The notes under the pieces are model-generated. The model had not been told where the DNA came from and did not search any database. It saw nothing but the letters and a program-made list of their open reading frames with translations. A DNA stretch of 64,000 bases from a virus (Duplodnaviria > Caudoviricetes): positions 96,001 through 160,000 of IMG/VR virus record IMGVR_UViG_3300034161_000008; one strand, 5' to 3'. Below, in pieces: positions 34,254 to 43,087 of this stretch. A program made the position numbers and the translations under genes. Each line of letters opens with the position of its first letter. The first letter of the stretch is position 1.

Positions 34254-36244
34254 TCGGGGTCCTTAGGAGGGAAGAGGGTTGGCTTACCAGTGTCGATGAG
34301 CGTATCCCAGTCCACACGGCGTTCTTCGAACATATGTGGGTTCTGCTCACGAAACAGCTGCTGGGTTGCTTCGGGAGTCAGGCCGCGACCGAGAGGGTAG
34401 CTTTCAGCCACATCGTTGTTTTGGACATCAGGAACAACAACTGCCCCGGCCTTGAGCAACAGATCCTTCATCACTGGGTCGCTGGTAGTGAAGGTAACGG
34501 TAAAGGAGTGATCGTCGTCACCGGCTTTGATCTGAACGTCATCGAACGGCGTTACTGCCGTGTCTTTCACTTCGTCCAAATACTTGTTGATGGTATCCAA
34601 CACTGCCGACGGCATGATTGGGGGTTTGGGGGGAGTGAGCTCGGAGAGCGCCATCAGCATGGAGTTTGTGAGGTCGTCTGCCAAAACACTCTGGCCCGAT
34701 TCGTAGATAGTGCGGATCGGAGGGAAGTACATGAGTCCCAAGTCTGTACGAGATCCCTCGATGTTTGCCTCAGAAATAAACGGCATGGCACCGCGAGGAA
34801 ATAAACGGCGCCGCATCCCAGGAGCAATCAGCGCAGTTTTACTTTCGTAGAACTTGGACATCACCGCAATATCAATGGTGCCGTCCGGCAGGAAGACATC
34901 GGGGATCATGTCCTGCATTTGCTTCAGTTGGGTCTCGGTGAACAAGTCACGACTGAAACTGCCTTTCTCACCCAGCGATGGGTTCTCGCGCAAGCGCTTT
35001 ATTACGTCCGCACCCAAGAACGAGTTATCAGAAACCACCCACTGGTTGAAGAACTCGCGACCATCAGGCTTGCCCGCCGCCTCGAGTTGCGCGCGCAGCC
35101 ACGTATCGTCAACCGTAGTTGCTGGACCATAACGAAGTGAGCGCGGGACTGCGAGTGTACATGCGTTGTAAGTTTGAGGAAGGATCAGTATCCCTAAGGT
35201 ACGAACTGCAAACTGGTAGGCCTCCTCGATAATGTTGTTCTTGGCTTCTGGAGCAACCGACTGCTCGTGGATCTTCCAGTTGTCGCCTCGATCACCGCGC
35301 AAGGACGTGAAGTAGTCCTTAGTGATGAATGCACCGTTACGCGGCAAGAAGAAAATACTGGCAGGCAAGCCAGCTTCTTTACGAACCAACTCACTGTAGT
35401 CCAGACTGATGAAGGCAGCCTTCAGCAGTTCGGCAGGCGCCACCGTATAGAACGTGGTGTCTTCGGTCAGCGAGGAGATGATCTTCGCTACGTTTGACTT
35501 GCGGTGTTGTGCAGCCTCCATGGCAGACTCCAAACCAGTCAGACCTTCGTTCATCACGTCGCTCAACGGTTTGAAGTTCATGATCTTCAGACGCTCAGCC
35601 CACTCATCCAAGCGAGCAACGTCGTCGATCATCAACCAGTTGAAGTCTGAACGGTTAGGATCTGGCACGTAGGACTTGAAAGCGTACTCCGGCTTCATCG
35701 TCAACACGCCAGGACTAACTGGCGCGGTGGGTTCGTGAGGTTCCTTCATGCTAGCGCGGTGTGAAGGGAAACGAAAACGAGGGTCAACGTTAGGATCTTC
35801 ATCGTTGATCTTCACATGACCACCTTCTGGCAAAGGCATCAGGCGAGATTCGTTGTGGTGTTTGTGCCAGCCTTCGAAATGAGAGTGACGTTCTTTGATC
35901 ACCCAGCGTTCGAAACCTGTGGCCAGCATGATGCGGTCGAATTCCACATCCAACTGGCGCGGGAGCCCAGCTGCTTCGAAAGCAAAAGACGGATGAGGGT
36001 AGCCGCCGATACCGCGCGCGTGCTGGACGTTCTCAGTGCTGACGACGAAGTAGAACAAGAGGTCATCGGAAATCTTCTCGTCCGTGTGGCGAGTCTGGCG
36101 CAACAACGTAGATGTGATACCTTCTTGGGAGCCCCAGATTGGATCTGTTAAGCACCATGGGGCTTCTTTGAAACCCAGGCGCTCAGTCAGCGGCTTAACC
36201 AACACCAGGTCGTCAACGATAATCAAATTCAGTGTCTTGGCCAT
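34250..36244 (-). CDS. Large hypothetical protein
   Basis: 664 aa; no motif recognised. Confidence 0.85.
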   Translation of the reverse strand: MAKTLNLIIVDDLVLVKPLTERLGFKEAPWCLTDPIWGSQEGITSTLLRQTRHTDEKISDDLLFYFVVSTENVQHARGIGGYPHPSFAFEAAGLPRQLDVEFDRIMLATGFERWVIKERHSHFEGWHKHHNESRLMPLPEGGHVKINDEDPNVDPRFRFPSHRASMKEPHEPTAPVSPGVLTMKPEYAFKSYVPDPNRSDFNWLMIDDVARLDEWAERLKIMNFKPLSDVMNEGLTGLESAMEAAQHRKSNVAKIISSLTEDTTFYTVAPAELLKAAFISLDYSELVRKEAGLPASIFFLPRNGAFITKDYFTSLRGDRGDNWKIHEQSVAPEAKNNIIEEAYQFAVRTLGILILPQTYNACTLAVPRSLRYGPATTVDDTWLRAQLEAAGKPDGREFFNQWVVSDNSFLGADVIKRLRENPSLGEKGSFSRDLFTETQLKQMQDMIPDVFLPDGTIDIAVMSKFYESKTALIAPGMRRRLFPRGAMPFISEANIEGSRTDLGLMYFPPIRTIYESGQSVLADDLTNSMLMALSELTPPKPPIMPSAVLDTINKYLDEVKDTAVTPFDDVQIKAGDDDHSFTVTFTTSDPVMKDLLLKAGAVVVPDVQNNDVAESYPLGRGLTPEATQQLFREQNPHMFEERRVDWDTLIDTGKPTLFPPKDPE

Positions 36245-36248
36245 TTTC

Positions 36249-36446
36249 TTATTTCCTCACCGTTATAGTTGGATAAAAGGCTTCACTGAAGCCGCAGTTC
36301 ATCTGGAGAGCCCTGTCGTACAGAGGTTTAATCCAGGAGGCCACTTTGGCTGGAGTCACGCCCTTGAACCACGAACGCTGGATAAGTTTTGGGTAATGTC
36401 TGGCCTTTCGGCGGGCATTCCCGAAATATGCTTTATGTTTGCGCAT
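36249..36446 (-). CDS. Small basic hypothetical protein
   Basis: 65 aa; stop/start overlap with neighbour. Confidence 0.55.
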   Translation of the reverse strand: MRKHKAYFGNARRKARHYPKLIQRSWFKGVTPAKVASWIKPLYDRALQMNCGFSEAFYPTITVRK

Positions 36447-37021
36447 TAGCCTGAGAATCCGTAAATGAAGAACTGCCAGCCAGCGGCCTTCAGTTCGATA
36501 GCTTGCTTGAGAAAGTCCTCGCCTTCCTTGCCGAACAATTCTCGGTATGTCTTGCCGCCTACTTCTTTAACATACGCCTCGATCTTGCGATCCCATTGTG
36601 GGGCGACTTGATCGTAGTCGAAGTCAGTGATGTCGGTAATGGGGATGATGTTTCGGTTGCGATCCCCGATATAGACCTTGTCGCTGTTAGGGCGACGGAC
36701 CGCGTCGTATGTTTTAGTGACGTCAGAAGTGATCTGGGGTAGGTTGTCCAGAATCAATCCGATGCGCTCTGATTCGCCATACTCATCGCCCAAGTCTCCG
36801 TAACGTGACTCCAAGCTACCACGTGACTCACCGAGCCAGCTGAACATGTAGTAGTTGCGATTAACGTCCTCGCACTCGGCCAGCTGAATATCGCTGGCCA
36901 AGATACCGCTGCCAAAAATAGCAGCCAGCTCGGTGCATTCGCCGGGCACTTTATTGGAATCAGGCAAAGCTTCTGCCCTTGGCTTAATCCGTCCAACGCA
37001 TGCCCAATTATCAGAACCCAT
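36446..37021 (-). CDS. Hypothetical protein
   Basis: 191 aa. Confidence 0.75.
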   Translation of the reverse strand: MGSDNWACVGRIKPRAEALPDSNKVPGECTELAAIFGSGILASDIQLAECEDVNRNYYMFSWLGESRGSLESRYGDLGDEYGESERIGLILDNLPQITSDVTKTYDAVRRPNSDKVYIGDRNRNIIPITDITDFDYDQVAPQWDRKIEAYVKEVGGKTYRELFGKEGEDFLKQAIELKAAGWQFFIYGFSG

Positions 37022-37174
37022 CTATTTCTTTTCCTTCTTGTCAGCTGCTTTGGCTTTATCCGCGTCGTGGAATTCTTTGGCCACGTCTTGCGGGATTCCT
37101 ACTTTATCAGCAAATTCTTTATTGTGCGCTGCTGCTCGCATCAGGTCCGCTTGCTTCTTGCTCTTGCTTGGCAT
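37022..37174 (-). CDS. Small conserved phage protein (MPSKSKKQ..LM.A.AHN..FA.KVGIPQ.V family)
   Basis: 50 aa; GAGG RBS. Confidence 0.8.
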   Translation of the reverse strand: MPSKSKKQADLMRAAAHNKEFADKVGIPQDVAKEFHDADKAKAADKKEKK

Positions 37175-37454
37175 CTTGAATATCCTCACTAAGTGGGCCA
37201 TCCGTAAAGCCGAACACGCCCATGGCGTCAGAGTGAACGATGTAGGTGTCCCAGTTAATGCGTTTGTCAAAGCAGTAAGCTTTCACATTCAGAGTCTCTG
37301 GGGAGATACCTTCAACGATCTGTTCTTCGGAGTAAAGTCCGTATTCTCGGTATTTCTCCCGAAGTAGTTCAACCAGCGCAGTGCGCGTTGGTTCCAGTTC
37401 TACAACTGTTTCCATCGCCTCAGAGAGCAGATGACGATGATGTCGAAATTTCAT
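37119..37454 (-). CDS. Conserved phage hypothetical protein
   Basis: MKFRHHRHLLSEAMETVVE...FDKRINWDTYIV...GFTDGP. Confidence 0.75.
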   Translation of the reverse strand: MKFRHHRHLLSEAMETVVELEPTRTALVELLREKYREYGLYSEEQIVEGISPETLNVKAYCFDKRINWDTYIVHSDAMGVFGFTDGPLSEDIQDAKQEQEASGPDASSSAQ

Positions 37455-38063
37455 TTACGTATCCCTTCGTGTGGCGACAGCGATGCCAGGTTCATGGAAA
37501 GATTCCCACTCAACATAGTGGGTAATATGGCGCTCATCTTTACCGATGAACTCTCCATCGATCGCAGATTCAATTTCTTGCAGGGCGTGTCTGAGGCCAT
37601 TGACACTGTGGGGGTCAAAGTCCTCGATTTTGTGACTGTGGGCATTTGGGTCATGAGCCTTTATGAACTCACCCTCAAGAGCAGGCTTGGGAGCCAATCG
37701 CTTCGCCTTTGCCGAAAGGGCGAATACGTCGATACCACCACTAGGCAAAAAGAACTTGCGCATATCGGCAGGCGGACCTTGCTCGAACTCGCCTTCCAAT
37801 GCGTTGTGGTTTGCAACGATCTCTTTCTTTCGTTCGCGACGCAGCTCAAGGGTTTGAGTAAGGAAGTCATTCAAGGGGATGCGATCTTCGTAGACCTTAA
37901 CTTCCACACCCTTATCTACCAGCTCACCTTCAAGCGTTGCGGGATTGTGGGTCCGCGCAACCAAGGCCACCATCGCATTGAGTGAACGAAAAGGCATATC
38001 AGCCAAAACCTGCGGATCAGTATCCACAGTCCCTTCCAGCGGTGCTTTCGTCAAATCGCCCAC
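37455..38063 (-). CDS. Hypothetical protein with repeated LEGEF motif
   Basis: LEGEL, LEGEF, LEGEF, IDGEF repeats. Confidence 0.7.
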   Translation of the reverse strand: MGDLTKAPLEGTVDTDPQVLADMPFRSLNAMVALVARTHNPATLEGELVDKGVEVKVYEDRIPLNDFLTQTLELRRERKKEIVANHNALEGEFEQGPPADMRKFFLPSGGIDVFALSAKAKRLAPKPALEGEFIKAHDPNAHSHKIEDFDPHSVNGLRHALQEIESAIDGEFIGKDERHITHYVEWESFHEPGIAVATRRDT

Positions 38064-38188
38064 GCTTCCTCCAATGCCTTAAAGGCCATGCAAAGTAAAA
38101 CAATAAAGACAACAATACCAATCAGGTACAGCCCGGCAATCACTATGTCGAGAAGGTCTGGCTCTTCGACTGGACCTAAGTCTTTCAT
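38051..38188 (-). CDS. Small membrane protein (missing from the ORF track)
   Basis: MKDLGPVEEPDLLDIVIAGLYLIGIVVFIVLLCMAFKALEEAWAI; TAATG coupling to the upstream gene. Confidence 0.65.
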   Translation of the reverse strand: MKDLGPVEEPDLLDIVIAGLYLIGIVVFIVLLCMAFKALEEAWAI

Positions 38189-38661
38189 TAATGGTCCTTC
38201 TCACCAGTACGGTGTTTGTGAAGTATCCGATGACCCAGCTCGAACAATGCATTTAGAGCCAATCGCTCTTCGCGCACTTTATTCATGCGAGCTGTAAAGC
38301 CATCGGGATTCCCAGCCTTCCAACGACCATGACCAAAACGCAAAGCTTCTTCACGTTCCATGAAGTCAAAGTACGCGCTGATTGGGCGACGAACTTTACG
38401 CACTAACGACTGACGCTGCCGCCGAACCGGCAAAGTCAAGATGCGATACGTGCCTGGCTCCATCGGCAAGTTGGTCAGCGTGTTGATGTAATCCGTGAAG
38501 CGCTGATTATCATTCCAGTCTTCCCGAGGAACTAGGCTCTTGCGAACGCAGTTCTCCAGGAAGTATTGTGGATTGATTCGACACTCATTTAAAACAGCAG
38601 CCAATTGTTCAGCTGTGAGGTTTGGATCGAACGGATCTACACCTTCCAGGGTAGGGTTCAT
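38188..38661 (-). CDS. Protein with terminase-large-subunit N-terminus-like motif
   Basis: GVDPFDPNLTAEQLAAVLNECRINPQYFLENCVR; no ATPase or nuclease motifs follow. Confidence 0.6.
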   Translation of the reverse strand: MNPTLEGVDPFDPNLTAEQLAAVLNECRINPQYFLENCVRKSLVPREDWNDNQRFTDYINTLTNLPMEPGTYRILTLPVRRQRQSLVRKVRRPISAYFDFMEREEALRFGHGRWKAGNPDGFTARMNKVREERLALNALFELGHRILHKHRTGEKDH

Positions 38662-38972
38662 TTCACAATCCTTAGTGCTGGGATTCGACGTTCGGGTTGC
38701 TCAGGAACATGAGCGTTGCGCTTTTCCAGGACAGCATGGAAACCCTGCATTGCCTCAGCCATAGTTCCACCATCAACGAACTTGTCGATGATGTCTTTCA
38801 TGTCATCGGGGACAGGGGGAACCACAGTACCGAAAGCCGACTGCTCGCTACGGTGTTGCATGCAACGTTCCGTAGGCGAGTCAGCAAACATGTAACAGTG
38901 GTACTTCTCGCTGCCTTCGTAAGTCATGCGCTTGTAGTCGCACGTCTCGCAGTTATTTGGATTCTTGCTCAT
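38658..38972 (-). CDS. Cys-rich (putative Zn-binding) protein
   Basis: CETC...HCYMF...CMQH. Confidence 0.65.
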   Translation of the reverse strand: MSKNPNNCETCDYKRMTYEGSEKYHCYMFADSPTERCMQHRSEQSAFGTVVPPVPDDMKDIIDKFVDGGTMAEAMQGFHAVLEKRNAHVPEQPERRIPALRIVK

Positions 38973-39117
38973 CGGAGCCCTTCCCGTATTTAGCTTTCAG
39001 GGAATCCAGACTTATTTGCACCGTACGAAGTACGTTGTTGCAGATGTTCTGGAGTTGGTGATCCATTCGCTTGCGGTTCTCAGCCCGCTTAGAGCGATAT
39101 GCTTTTGGGTTGTACAT
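38953..39117 (-). CDS. Small basic protein (missing from the ORF track)
   Basis: MYNPKAYRSKRAENRKRMDHQLQNICNNVLRTVQISLDSLKAKYGKGSDEQESK, 54 aa; fills the gap exactly. Confidence 0.55.
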   Translation of the reverse strand: MYNPKAYRSKRAENRKRMDHQLQNICNNVLRTVQISLDSLKAKYGKGSDEQESK

Positions 39118-39120
39118 TGC

Positions 39121-39390
39121 TCACCCTATTGAGTAGAGTTCATAAATGGCCAGGGCCAGCAGAAGGTACAGCATAGTCCAACCGAAACCGTACAGCCCAT
39201 CACGAATGATCTGCTGTTGAAAAGCTCGGTAGTTCGCTTCTTCTTCTCGTTGCAGCTTTTCCAAGCGACGCTTAGTAATGCCTTCGAGTTCTGCTTTGTC
39301 CCATGGCGTTGGTATTGCACGTGGCTTAACGTGTCTTGCGTCTGGTTCCATTGCGTCAAGCACCTGGATATACGGTTTATGTTTACGCAT
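39121..39390 (-). CDS. Small protein with C-terminal transmembrane helix
   Basis: 89 aa; GLYGFGWTMLYLLLALAIYELY. Confidence 0.6.
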   Translation of the reverse strand: MRKHKPYIQVLDAMEPDARHVKPRAIPTPWDKAELEGITKRRLEKLQREEEANYRAFQQQIIRDGLYGFGWTMLYLLLALAIYELYSIG

Positions 39391-39428
39391 CGTAAGCCTA
39401 ACTGAGTGATACTTGCACGATAACAAAG

Positions 39429-39439
39429 GGGTAATATGT
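39429..39439 (-). promoter_or_regulatory. Putative early promoter ACATATTACCC
   Basis: Identical to 21072-21082; directly after a terminator. Confidence 0.6.
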
Positions 39440-39448
39440 GGCCAAAAC

Positions 39449-39488
39449 AAAATAAAAGAGCACTCCCGAAGGAGTGCTCTCTATGCCC
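39449..39488. terminator. UUCG terminator (minus) with CTATGCCC on the plus side
   Basis: AGAGCACTCC-CGAA-GGAGTGCTCT 10-bp stem. Confidence 0.85.
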
Positions 39489-39490
39489 GC

Positions 39491-40843
39491 TTACGCGTCA
39501 GGTGCAACGCCAGCAGGACGCAGCTCAAGCTGCTTAACGCCGATCAGGTCAATGAACTGATCGTTGACCATGGTTTCGCCAATGATGCGCGACCAACGTT
39601 CCAGAGTCGGTTCTTCCAGGATCTTGGTGATCGGATACGTACCGATGAACTTGTCGCTATCGCCGGTGGTTTCAGCACGGATGCCGCGAGGCAGCAGCAC
39701 AAAGCTCACGATGCCGAGGTGGTAGGTGCCAGTCTTCTTCGGGTCTTCGTTGTCGCACAGGAAGCCGGTGAAGCGAGTGGCGTCGGGGTTGGTGAGGATC
39801 GTACGCTTGACATGCTCAGGCACGCTGTAGCCGTCACGCGAGATCAGGGTCAGCTCTTCCATGCGTTCACGGAACACACCGGTCTGGATGGTTTCGAGGA
39901 TGTCTGGACGATTGTCGTCAAACTCAATCGACAGGGCGTCAGCCTTCTCGATGTGGCCACCGATGCCGATCGAACGACCGTTAGCCAGGCGTTGTTCGCC
40001 AGACAGCTTGGTGCGTTCGTACAACACGATTTCCAGGGTATCGGCCAGATCGTCAGCGCCGTACTGGATGATGATGTCGTAGTTGATCAGGTGACGCTGG
40101 GTCGGATCGTTTTCCAGCTGCGCACGCTGGCGGAAGCTGAAGTGGCCAGCGCCGAGTAGGACGAAGTCTTGCAGCGAGATGCCGGTGGTTACGCCGTGCT
40201 TCATGCCCAGGAATTCGTTGACGAACGCTGCGTCAACCGACAGAATCCATTCGGTCTTTTCAGTCGAAGGATTGTGAACACGCTTTACGTATTCGCGCAG
40301 GAATTCCACGTCACGCTTGACAGCCCACGCAGGCAGCTCAACTGGCGGAATACCTTGCCACTCAGCCGGGAACTCAACGAACCCGTCTTTATAGTGGGTC
40401 AGCGTAGGCTCGTTACCACGAGTCAACTGCATGACTTCTTCGACACGTACTGGGGTTTGGATGAGCTCGCCTTGCGAATTCATAGGGAGGATAGGCGTTG
40501 AACGGCGGTTGTAGTTACCACGAACCACTTCCAGCTCAGCAACCCAGCCCGCATTCGCTACGCAACCACGGGACATGAAGAACGAACGCCCGGTCTGCGT
40601 ATCGATGTCGAGGGTCACGCCGACGCCGTCTTTGATTTCGACATCGATGACAATCTTCGGAGCGCGCCCTTCTGGCTGAGGCATCTCGTTGATCTTGGTT
40701 CCCGAGAACAGAACGCCGTCTTTGTCGAAGAGACCAACGAGCTTCACGCTTTCCAGATGGTCAGTGACGTCGCTATCAGGACCTTCCGTCAGGGTGAAAA
40801 TGCTGAATGGCTTACCCGATTCGATTTTAACTAGCAACTTCAT
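39491..40843 (-). CDS. NUDIX (MutT-like phosphoesterase) domain fused to an unknown N-terminal domain
   Basis: RAQLENDPTQRHLINY..YER..GEQRL..RSIGIGGHIE..D...RERMEEL...HLGIV. Confidence 0.85.
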   Translation of the reverse strand: MKLLVKIESGKPFSIFTLTEGPDSDVTDHLESVKLVGLFDKDGVLFSGTKINEMPQPEGRAPKIVIDVEIKDGVGVTLDIDTQTGRSFFMSRGCVANAGWVAELEVVRGNYNRRSTPILPMNSQGELIQTPVRVEEVMQLTRGNEPTLTHYKDGFVEFPAEWQGIPPVELPAWAVKRDVEFLREYVKRVHNPSTEKTEWILSVDAAFVNEFLGMKHGVTTGISLQDFVLLGAGHFSFRQRAQLENDPTQRHLINYDIIIQYGADDLADTLEIVLYERTKLSGEQRLANGRSIGIGGHIEKADALSIEFDDNRPDILETIQTGVFRERMEELTLISRDGYSVPEHVKRTILTNPDATRFTGFLCDNEDPKKTGTYHLGIVSFVLLPRGIRAETTGDSDKFIGTYPITKILEEPTLERWSRIIGETMVNDQFIDLIGVKQLELRPAGVAPDA

Positions 40844-41598
40844 TACTTGTTTCCTTCTTGGCCGAAGATCTTGTTCAGGGTTGCATCCAACCGCTGTTCG
40901 TCTTCTGGAGTGGGTTTTGGTTTACCTTCCATGTCAACGGCGTTAACACGGTCCATTACATTAGTCCAGTCGGTAGAAAAAGACGGACGCATTCCAGCGT
41001 TGTACGACACGCGACCCCAGAACGATTCAACGTGCTGGTATTCGGTGTATTGCCAGCCCGGCGTAACTTCCTCGCCGGTGCCTTCTGCGAACAGCGGCAG
41101 GTAGCTGGTTTTGGAGTGGACGATGAATTGCTTGAGATCGAACTCCGGGAAGTACGAATCGGCCATCGGTACGTTCAGATCGATACGTGACATGAACACG
41201 TAGTCAGCCAACGGAAGTGCTTCGCGATAAAGCTTCTCACCACCAATCACCATCACCACTGGAGGGGCGTTCACGTTGATCAAATCGCGCGGCATGCGAC
41301 TCGCAACTGCCACCGCACCAGCCAGGGCTTCTGCGTAAGTTGGAAACACGATCCAGCCCGCTTCAACAAACGCACCCACGTCGCGATCAGCCACTACAAA
41401 GCACGTACGGTCTTTGAGGGCAGGGCCGATAGACTTGGCAGTGTTAGCCCCAGCAATCACCGCACGCCCCATGGTGAGCTTCTGGAAGTGCTTCATCTCA
41501 GAAGGTACTCGCCACGGCAACGTGTTCTTGTAGCCGATGACGTTATCGTTGGCGCAAGCCACTACTAATGCAACTTCGTAAGCTTTGGACATATTCAC
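40843..41598 (-). CDS. folA: Dihydrofolate reductase with C-terminal extension
   Basis: VVACANDNVIGYKNTLPWRVPSEMKHFQKLTMGRAVIAG..T, VIGGEKLY, DSYFP. Confidence 0.93.
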   Translation of the reverse strand: MNMSKAYEVALVVACANDNVIGYKNTLPWRVPSEMKHFQKLTMGRAVIAGANTAKSIGPALKDRTCFVVADRDVGAFVEAGWIVFPTYAEALAGAVAVASRMPRDLINVNAPPVVMVIGGEKLYREALPLADYVFMSRIDLNVPMADSYFPEFDLKQFIVHSKTSYLPLFAEGTGEEVTPGWQYTEYQHVESFWGRVSYNAGMRPSFSTDWTNVMDRVNAVDMEGKPKPTPEDEQRLDATLNKIFGQEGNK

Positions 41599-43013
41599 AC
41601 CTGTAAGTGTTGACCGATAATCGAACGCGCTTCTTCTTGCTGCGCTTGCGTACCTACCGTACCCATCACGGCTAGAACCTGCAAGTCAGTCTGAGTCAGA
41701 TTGCGTTTGATCAATCGGTGTGGAATGGAGTTAACGAAGCCTTCGGCATCATCACGGTGTTCTAAGAAAAGAGCCTGTAGATCACAACCAGCGATTGGGA
41801 GAAACTCAGCCTGCACCGAACTGAAACGTAGGTGGAAGTCTGGGAACATCAGCCAGAGGTATTCGAGGATCTCGTCGTGACCCAGATAAGGTACTTCGTA
41901 CGTGTAGTCCACGCGTCCTTTACGAGTCAGTGCTTCGTCGATCTGATCCAGATGATTGGTGGTCATGAAGATCACTGTTTCATCCAGCGAGACCACGCCG
42001 TCGAGGGTGTTGAGGATCTTGGTCAGTGAAAGCATTTCGAAGTCCAGATCCGAGAAATTGAAGCTTTCCTTGGGTTGTAGTTCCGCCGAGCCGAGGACGT
42101 TCTTATCGCCAGGCTTTGCTCGCTCCAGCTTTGGACGGGCTGGCGCACGAGCCTTGGTAGCCTTAGCGCTGTCGAAGTCTTCGATGATGATGAAACAGTT
42201 TTTGGGGGCAGACTGCAAGGCCAGTTCAAAGGCAGAGTCAGACATGCCAGCAATGTTCAGCGTACAGATACTCTTACCGTAATAAGAGGCCAGTGCTTTG
42301 AGCAAGCTGGTCTTACCTGTGCCGGGACGGCCGTGCAGAATATAAGTCTGCTTGTAGGGCATCCCTTTGCTGGTGTACCACTCGCGTCCTTTAAAGAACG
42401 AGTCGAGGTTCTTGAGCAGCTCGGCTTTGAGCTTTTTATCGATGATCACTGTGTTCAGTGGTCGCTTAGGGATCTCAGTCAGCCATCGCCATTCGTCCTT
42501 GAAGACGTAGATGCCGATCTTGGAGCTGTCTGGTTTGTGGCGGAAGTCTTCGATCAGGTTCAGGATCGCTTGACGATTACGCCCCAACACACGGATCTTC
42601 ATCTCGTGCTTTTCTTTCTCGGAACCCGAAGACTCCAAGCGGCGCTTCTCGAACCAAAAGAAGTGCCCACGATAAAAGAAAAAATGAGACCCGAACCCAG
42701 GTCCCACCACGACAGTCTCGCCATCCCAGCCTCGACCATCGAGGGAGAGATAACGAGACCATCGTGACCAGCGGCTAGCAGTGAACCAGTTCATGAAGCC
42801 ATTGAACTGATGCGAGTTGCCTTCGTAGCCGCTGTTGTTCATTGTAAGCGTAGTGGTGAACTGGTTGAGGAAGAACGACCCAACCTTACGCGGAATGTCC
42901 CGCAACGCCCAGGTGAGCACTGTGAGTCCCCACAGTGAGATTGCTCCGGCGATGATCGGGCTGGTTTTCGCCAAGAGTTGAATCTGGTCGAACAGCGACT
43001 GGATGAGTTCCAT
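41595..43013 (-). CDS. BCS1-like membrane-anchored AAA+ ATPase
   Basis: N-terminal TM; PGFGSHFFFYRG (BCS1_N-like); LHGRPGTGKTS, IIIEDFD, LNTLDG, MTTNH, ALTRKGRVD. Confidence 0.9.
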   Translation of the reverse strand: MELIQSLFDQIQLLAKTSPIIAGAISLWGLTVLTWALRDIPRKVGSFFLNQFTTTLTMNNSGYEGNSHQFNGFMNWFTASRWSRWSRYLSLDGRGWDGETVVVGPGFGSHFFFYRGHFFWFEKRRLESSGSEKEKHEMKIRVLGRNRQAILNLIEDFRHKPDSSKIGIYVFKDEWRWLTEIPKRPLNTVIIDKKLKAELLKNLDSFFKGREWYTSKGMPYKQTYILHGRPGTGKTSLLKALASYYGKSICTLNIAGMSDSAFELALQSAPKNCFIIIEDFDSAKATKARAPARPKLERAKPGDKNVLGSAELQPKESFNFSDLDFEMLSLTKILNTLDGVVSLDETVIFMTTNHLDQIDEALTRKGRVDYTYEVPYLGHDEILEYLWLMFPDFHLRFSSVQAEFLPIAGCDLQALFLEHRDDAEGFVNSIPHRLIKRNLTQTDLQVLAVMGTVGTQAQQEEARSIIGQHLQV

Positions 43014-43087
43014 TCTGGGTCCCTCGCTCCCGCAGCTTGTGGGCTGTCGAGAGCGTTATTAGTTTTCGGAGTTGGTCAGTCACGCAG

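Noticed and set aside
43014-43087. Possible hairpin (CGCTC...GAGCG) between genes
   Set aside because: Imperfect stem with no U-tract or TATG tail; too weak to call
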